The notes beneath the pieces are model-generated. The model had not been told where the DNA came from, did no database searches, and was given only the letters and a program-made list of their open reading frames with translations. The position numbers were made by a program, and so were the translations under genes. From positions 1,560,001 to 1,592,000 of the forward strand of contig NZ_CP064923.1 of the NCBI RefSeq assembly GCF_018336915.1: a DNA stretch of 32,000 bases, read 5' to 3'. Positions 27,851 through 32,000 of the stretch are shown piece by piece (within the stretch, counting starts at the first letter, position 1; every line of letters starts with the position of its first letter). The DNA comes from Acaryochloris marina S15 (GTDB taxonomy: Bacteria; Cyanobacteriota; Cyanobacteriia; Thermosynechococcales; Thermosynechococcaceae).

Positions 27851-28558
27851 ATGGGGCAGATTCTGTTAGTAGAAGACGAAGAAAATATTCGCGAAACCAT
27901 TGCTCCGGCGCTGCAAAGTGAAGGATATCGGGTGATTACGGCTGCTGATGGCCAAACAGCGTTGGATGTTATTCAGCTATTTAAGTCGAGATCGCAGCAG
28001 GCATCAACCTTAGATCTGATTATTTTAGATATTATGCTGCCCGGCATTAATGGGATTGATTTGTGCCGGTTTATTCGCCGCGAAGGCTCGACTGTTCCGG
28101 TACTTATGTTGAGTGCTAAGGATACGGAAGCCGACCGGGTTGTCGGCCTCGAAGTGGGTGCCGACGACTATCTCACCAAGCCCTTTGGTATGCGGGAATT
28201 GATCGCTCGCTGCCGAGCTCTCTTAAGACGGCAGCGGCTCAATAATACCGATCCCCAGGGAGCCCTACTCACCTGTCGAGAGATCAGTTTGCATCCTGAT
28301 GAATGTCGTGTGATGGTTCGGAACGAAGAAGTTAATCTGTCTCCTAAAGAATTCAGAATTTTAGAATTATTTATAAGCTATCCTCGGCGAGTTTGGCCGA
28401 GGGAGCAGATTCTCGAAAAAATTTGGGGACCGGATTACATTGGTGATAGCAAAACTGTCGATGTACATATTCGGTGGCTCCGGGAAAAAATAGAAATTGA
28501 CCCCAGTAATCCAGATTACTTGGTCACCATTAGAGGATTTGGCTATCGGTTTGGATAG
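27851..28558 (+). CDS. OmpR-family two-component response regulator
   Basis: The receiver domain is ILLVEDEENI...LIILDIMLPGINGIDL...MLSAKD...GADDYLTKPF. The winged-helix output domain is LSPKEFRILELF...TVDVHIRWLREKIE...IRGFGYRF. I chose the start at ATG 27851 (MGQILLVEDE). The track ORF begins at TTG 27785. Confidence 0.88.
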   Translation: MGQILLVEDEENIRETIAPALQSEGYRVITAADGQTALDVIQLFKSRSQQASTLDLIILDIMLPGINGIDLCRFIRREGSTVPVLMLSAKDTEADRVVGLEVGADDYLTKPFGMRELIARCRALLRRQRLNNTDPQGALLTCREISLHPDECRVMVRNEEVNLSPKEFRILELFISYPRRVWPREQILEKIWGPDYIGDSKTVDVHIRWLREKIEIDPSNPDYLVTIRGFGYRFG

Positions 28559-28604
28559 AAATGAGGATTTGAGGGAATCTCAAGCTTAAATACCGGAGAG
28601 TATT

Positions 28605-29975
28605 GTGCAATTGGTATGGTTCCTCGCAGGATTAGGTCTGGGTCTAGGACTGTTAGCCTGGTCTGCTCGTCATTTCAACAACCAACTTGAACGGATTATT
28701 CGTAACTTACCGAGTGATCCTTATCGTCCTGCCTTGTCTCCCTTGAGCCGGCTGTCTCGAGTGACGCTGCAACTTCAAGATCAGCTACAGCTGCATGAGC
28801 AAGAGCTGTTAGGTTGGCAAGATATTCTACATCGAGCCCCGGTAGGCTACTTGCAGGTTAATAGTGCCGACAATTTGTATTGGATTAATGAACGGGCCTG
28901 CGATCTTCTGAAGATTCAAAGTCGTTCTTGGGATGCTGGGCCGAATCGTCTTCTCCTAGAAGTGGTGCGTTCTATAGAGTTGGATCAATTGATTGGTCAA
29001 GTTCGCTCAGATCAGCAAGAGCATCAAATTGAGTGGATTATGCATCTGTCTGAGCGGGCTCAAGAGTGGCCGCTCAAGGCCTATGGTATTCCTCTGTCTG
29101 AAGGACATGTGGGGGTATTTATTGAAGATCGAACTGAGACGAAGAACTTGGCTGAGGATCGAGATCGCTGGACGTCAGATGTTGCCCATGAGTTAAAAAC
29201 ACCCCTCACTTCTATTCGACTCATGGTGGAAACTCTTGAACCCCGCATTAGCTGGCAACATCGTTCCCATATTGATCGCTTGTTGCAAGAAGTCACCCGC
29301 CTGAGCGACTTGGTGAAAGATTTACTCGAACTCAGCCGAATCACCTTCAATCAAGCCCAAACCCTAAAATTGCAACCTGTTAATGTTCCCAGTCTGATTC
29401 ACAAGGCTTGGCTGAATTTGGAACCTTTGGCTCAGCAGCGTAATCTGTCCCTTTTTTACCAGGGGGTGGAAGATTGCACTTTAGAAGCAGACAAGAATCG
29501 ACTGTATCGCGTGTTCCTTAACCTGATCGATAACGCTATTAAGTACAGTCCGGTTGATCAGCCCATTATTGTCCAGGTAGAAGTCGTTCAGTCTGCTGAG
29601 GAAGTGGAAGGAGGGCAAAGTCTTTGTATCGATATTATTGATACAGGCTCAGGTTTTTCCGTAGAATCTCTTCCTCATATTTTTAAGCGCTTCTATCGCT
29701 CTGATCTTTCTAGAGTGAGAGGTAGTGCCATAGTGGGAAATGCTGAGTCAGTGAGCCTACAATCTCTAGAGGGATCAGATGTCATTCAAGCGACCTCTGT
29801 TGCCCTATCAGAACAGGAGCAATCCTCTGTTCTGACTCCTGTGGGGGGGAGTGGTTTAGGACTTGCGATCGCACAGCAAATCATCCTTGCCCACGGCGGC
29901 ACCATTCGGGCCCGCAACCATCCCCAAACAGGCGGGGCCTGGCTACAAATTCTGTTACCTTGCCCTCAGAAGTAA
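28605..29975 (+). CDS. Sensor histidine kinase (TM anchor, PAS, HisKA, HATPase_c), PhoR/SphS-like architecture
   Basis: GTG start with GGAGAG upstream. It has an N-terminal hydrophobic helix, a PAS-like segment (APVGYLQVNSADNLYWINERACDLL), an H-box SDVAHELKTPLTSI, an N-box LIDNAIKYSP, a G1 box DTGSGF and a G2 box GGSGLGLAIA. It lies 46 nt downstream of the response regulator. Confidence 0.88.
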   Translation: MQLVWFLAGLGLGLGLLAWSARHFNNQLERIIRNLPSDPYRPALSPLSRLSRVTLQLQDQLQLHEQELLGWQDILHRAPVGYLQVNSADNLYWINERACDLLKIQSRSWDAGPNRLLLEVVRSIELDQLIGQVRSDQQEHQIEWIMHLSERAQEWPLKAYGIPLSEGHVGVFIEDRTETKNLAEDRDRWTSDVAHELKTPLTSIRLMVETLEPRISWQHRSHIDRLLQEVTRLSDLVKDLLELSRITFNQAQTLKLQPVNVPSLIHKAWLNLEPLAQQRNLSLFYQGVEDCTLEADKNRLYRVFLNLIDNAIKYSPVDQPIIVQVEVVQSAEEVEGGQSLCIDIIDTGSGFSVESLPHIFKRFYRSDLSRVRGSAIVGNAESVSLQSLEGSDVIQATSVALSEQEQSSVLTPVGGSGLGLAIAQQIILAHGGTIRARNHPQTGGAWLQILLPCPQK

Positions 29976-29995
29976 GTGTCTTCAGTAGTTTGCAC

Positions 29996-30805
29996 CTACA
30001 AGTTTTGGGTATCTATTTCGACCACAACGGGAGCATGATCGCTAGGTTTGGGTAACCGACGAGGGGCTGCATCAATCGTGCAGGCTGTCGCTTGTTCGTA
30101 TAGCATTGGCGTTAAATAATGATGGTCAATCCGCCAACCCTTATTTCGTTGAAAAGACCCTGCCCGATAATTCCACCAGCTAAACTGCTCTGACTTGGAG
30201 TTGAACTTACGGAAAGCGTCTTCTAACCCGAGCTCCAATACCTTTTGCAAAGCTTGTCGCTCTCGATCTGTAGACATAACATGGGTCTCCCGCTTAGTGG
30301 GATCATGCATATCTCGATCGTCTAGGGCAATATTAAAATCACCACAGATCAGAAGATGTTGGGAATCCTGATGCAGCAGCTTTTCAACATAGCGATGTAA
30401 TAGGTCCAACCACTCTAATTTGTAGGCATACTTCTCACTGTCAATTTCTGAGCCATTGGGAACATATAAATTCAAAATGCGAATGCCAGGAGAAATGATC
30501 CCCGTGATCAGACGTTTTTGCTGGTCATAGTGCTGAGTCAAATCATTGGAACCGAGTAGAGGGGTGAAACCCGTATTTACCTCAGATAGAGCCGTCCGAC
30601 TGATTAAAGCTACACCGTTATAAGCTTTTTGTCCCGAAACATATACCTGGTAACCTTCCTCCTCAAAAGAGGCTTTGGGGAAGTCATCATCAATAACCTT
30701 CGTTTCCTGTAGACATAAAACATCTATCGATTGGGCATATAACCAATCCAAAACATGCTCCAAGCGTGTTCGGATAGAATTTACATTCCAGCTAGCAATT
30801 TTCAT
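29996..30805 (-). CDS. xth: Exodeoxyribonuclease III
   Basis: Motifs MKIASWNVNSIR, LCLQETK, GDFNIA, WRIDH and PSDHAPV are present. I chose the start at ATG 30805. The track ORF extends 20 codons further upstream. Confidence 0.9.
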   Translation of the reverse strand: MKIASWNVNSIRTRLEHVLDWLYAQSIDVLCLQETKVIDDDFPKASFEEEGYQVYVSGQKAYNGVALISRTALSEVNTGFTPLLGSNDLTQHYDQQKRLITGIISPGIRILNLYVPNGSEIDSEKYAYKLEWLDLLHRYVEKLLHQDSQHLLICGDFNIALDDRDMHDPTKRETHVMSTDRERQALQKVLELGLEDAFRKFNSKSEQFSWWNYRAGSFQRNKGWRIDHHYLTPMLYEQATACTIDAAPRRLPKPSDHAPVVVEIDTQNL

Positions 30806-31332
30806 CACGTTTTTTCTATTCCTGAAACAAAACCCTGAATTATTTTTTTGCGTATTTCCGCACAAACTTATGAGGATTAGTAGCCAAATTGACTATAAGT
30901 TTTGCGAATCTATACAAAGATACAGCTAAGTCGACAGTGTATTTTTTGACATTGTTGGCGTGTTGAAGGATTCATTGGGGTACCCTAACGGTTTCCCAGT
31001 TTTTATACTTTGCACTTGTCTGAGAAAGCAAGCTATGTCTTTCATTCATCTGATCCCCAGGCCTCTTTTGAAGCTTTTTATCGGATTTCTCATGTCAAAC
31101 ATAAAGAAAAGATAAATGCAGCTTTAATGGCAGGGGATCACCTAACAGCTTGCTGTTAAAGGTTTTATCGGCTGTCGAATGGTGCAAACCCGAAATCTGA
31201 GAAACCTAATATAAAGAAGGCTAATAACCCACTGCAGAAATCCTTAGCAAAACTAAGGAAATACTTCAAATTCATTAACAAATATTACGAAGTTTTTCTG
31301 TCTATTAAAACTACTGATTTTCAACTCACTCT

Positions 31333-31581
31333 ATGAAAACTTTGAGTTCTCCCACTTTTGCTTGCCGCTATTGTCAACATTACTCCCCAGAGGGAAGACG
31401 AGGCGGACAATGTCAGCAGCTTGGGGCTCCAGTTCGTGGGGAGTGGAAAGCATGTTCTCTAATGATCCCAAGTTTTTCTTCTGCTATAGAGGCTCTCTCA
31501 ATTAATCATCCACAGAAGTCTATTGAGCCCTATCGTTTAGAGACCGCATCCGCTCGTCGAGTTCTAACCCCAACTCTTTAG
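31333..31581 (+). CDS. Small Cys-rich protein (82 aa), possible metal-binding knuckle
   Basis: ATG ORF. The N-terminal 41 residues carry CRYC-x12-C-x13-C (FACRYCQHYSPEGRRGGQCQQLGAPVRGEWKAC). A strong hairpin terminator follows. No family firmly recognised. Confidence 0.55.
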   Translation: MKTLSSPTFACRYCQHYSPEGRRGGQCQQLGAPVRGEWKACSLMIPSFSSAIEALSINHPQKSIEPYRLETASARRVLTPTL

Positions 31582-31672
31582 ATTGCATCTAATGATCGAT
31601 CATCGATGCAGGTTGATAAAACCTTTTCATCCGATCTGAGTCTTCAGATCAATTTAAAAAACTAATTTAGTC

Positions 31673-31701
31673 TCAGGGAGCAAGTATTACTTGCTCCCTG
31701 A
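31673..31701. terminator. Strong hairpin between convergent genes (bidirectional terminator candidate)
   Basis: TCAGGGAGCAAGT (31673-31685) pairs with ACTTGCTCCCTGA (31689-31701), giving a 13-bp perfect stem with a 3-nt loop. It sits between the small Cys-rich ORF (+) and menB (-). A T-run lies on the minus-strand side (complement of AAAAAA at 31655-31660). Confidence 0.6.
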
Positions 31702-31763
31702 ACTGTATATAAGCCAATAGCATTATGGGATCATGGCCCAGCATGCTCGAAAAAATGACTCCA

Positions 31764-32000
31764 TCAAGGCCGCCAAGGAAACTGTCTAAAATTCGGATCC
31801 CGTTTTTCGAGAAAGGCATTTTTTCCCTCTGCACTTTCCTCATTCATGTAGAACAACAGCGTGGCATTCCCAGCCAACTCTTGAATACCGGCCTGTCCGT
31901 CACAATCTGCATTAAAAGCTGCTTTCAAACAGCGGATTGCCAAAGGACTTTTTTGCAAAATCTCTTGGGCCCATTGAATCCCTTCAGCTTCTAGTTCTGC
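31764..32000 (-). CDS. menB: 1,4-dihydroxy-2-naphthoyl-CoA synthase, C-terminal part (gene continues beyond window end)
   Basis: The frame is open to position 32000. The translation is ...[78 protein letters not shown], a crotonase-fold MenB-type C-terminus. Confidence 0.85.
   Translation of the reverse strand, partial: AELEAEGIQWAQEILQKSPLAIRCLKAAFNADCDGQAGIQELAGNATLLFYMNEESAEGKNAFLEKRDPNFRQFPWRP

Noticed and set aside
1-32000. Search for CRISPR arrays, rRNA genes, prophage or integrase genes, toxin-antitoxin pairs and restriction-modification genes
   Set aside because: I found no regularly spaced direct repeats, no rRNA-like sequence, and no integrase, recombinase, toxin or methylase/endonuclease motifs in any ORF. 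The only mobile-element signature is the IS1-family copy.

Overview
This looks like a cyanobacterial chromosomal segment. The HIP1 octamer GCGATCGC occurs 9 times, and the gene set is typical: ppc, sat, hppD, pdxA, ribosomal protein S1, nrdR, menB, and an orthocaspase-like protein. Most of the window is ordinary core metabolism and housekeeping on both strands. I call about 27 protein-coding genes, two tRNAs (Asn-GTT on the minus strand, Ala-GGC on the plus strand), one IS1-family insertion sequence and one frameshifted gltS. I found no CRISPR array, no rRNA, and no recognisable multi-gene defence or mobile island. I do not see a convincing new multi-gene system. The leads worth a second look are listed here. 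(1) A 22-bp perfect inverted repeat brackets the ribosome-binding site and duplicates the first codons of a lipoprotein gene (23438-23522). (2) An A+T-rich, gene-poor stretch (21.85-23.9 kb) holds tiny ORFs, one interrupted by an in-frame TAG, and a 30-bp perfect palindrome built on HIP1. (3) A Tat-signal orthocaspase homologue has lost both catalytic dyad residues. (4) An IS1-family element keeps a perfect 8-bp target duplication, but its transposase is broken at both an A7 and a G7 run. (5) gltS is frameshifted and start/stop-overlapped with an rRNA methyltransferase gene. (6) A PhoR/SphS-like kinase has a long insertion in the ATP-lid region. All functional calls come from reading motifs in the supplied translations by eye. 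No database search was run.
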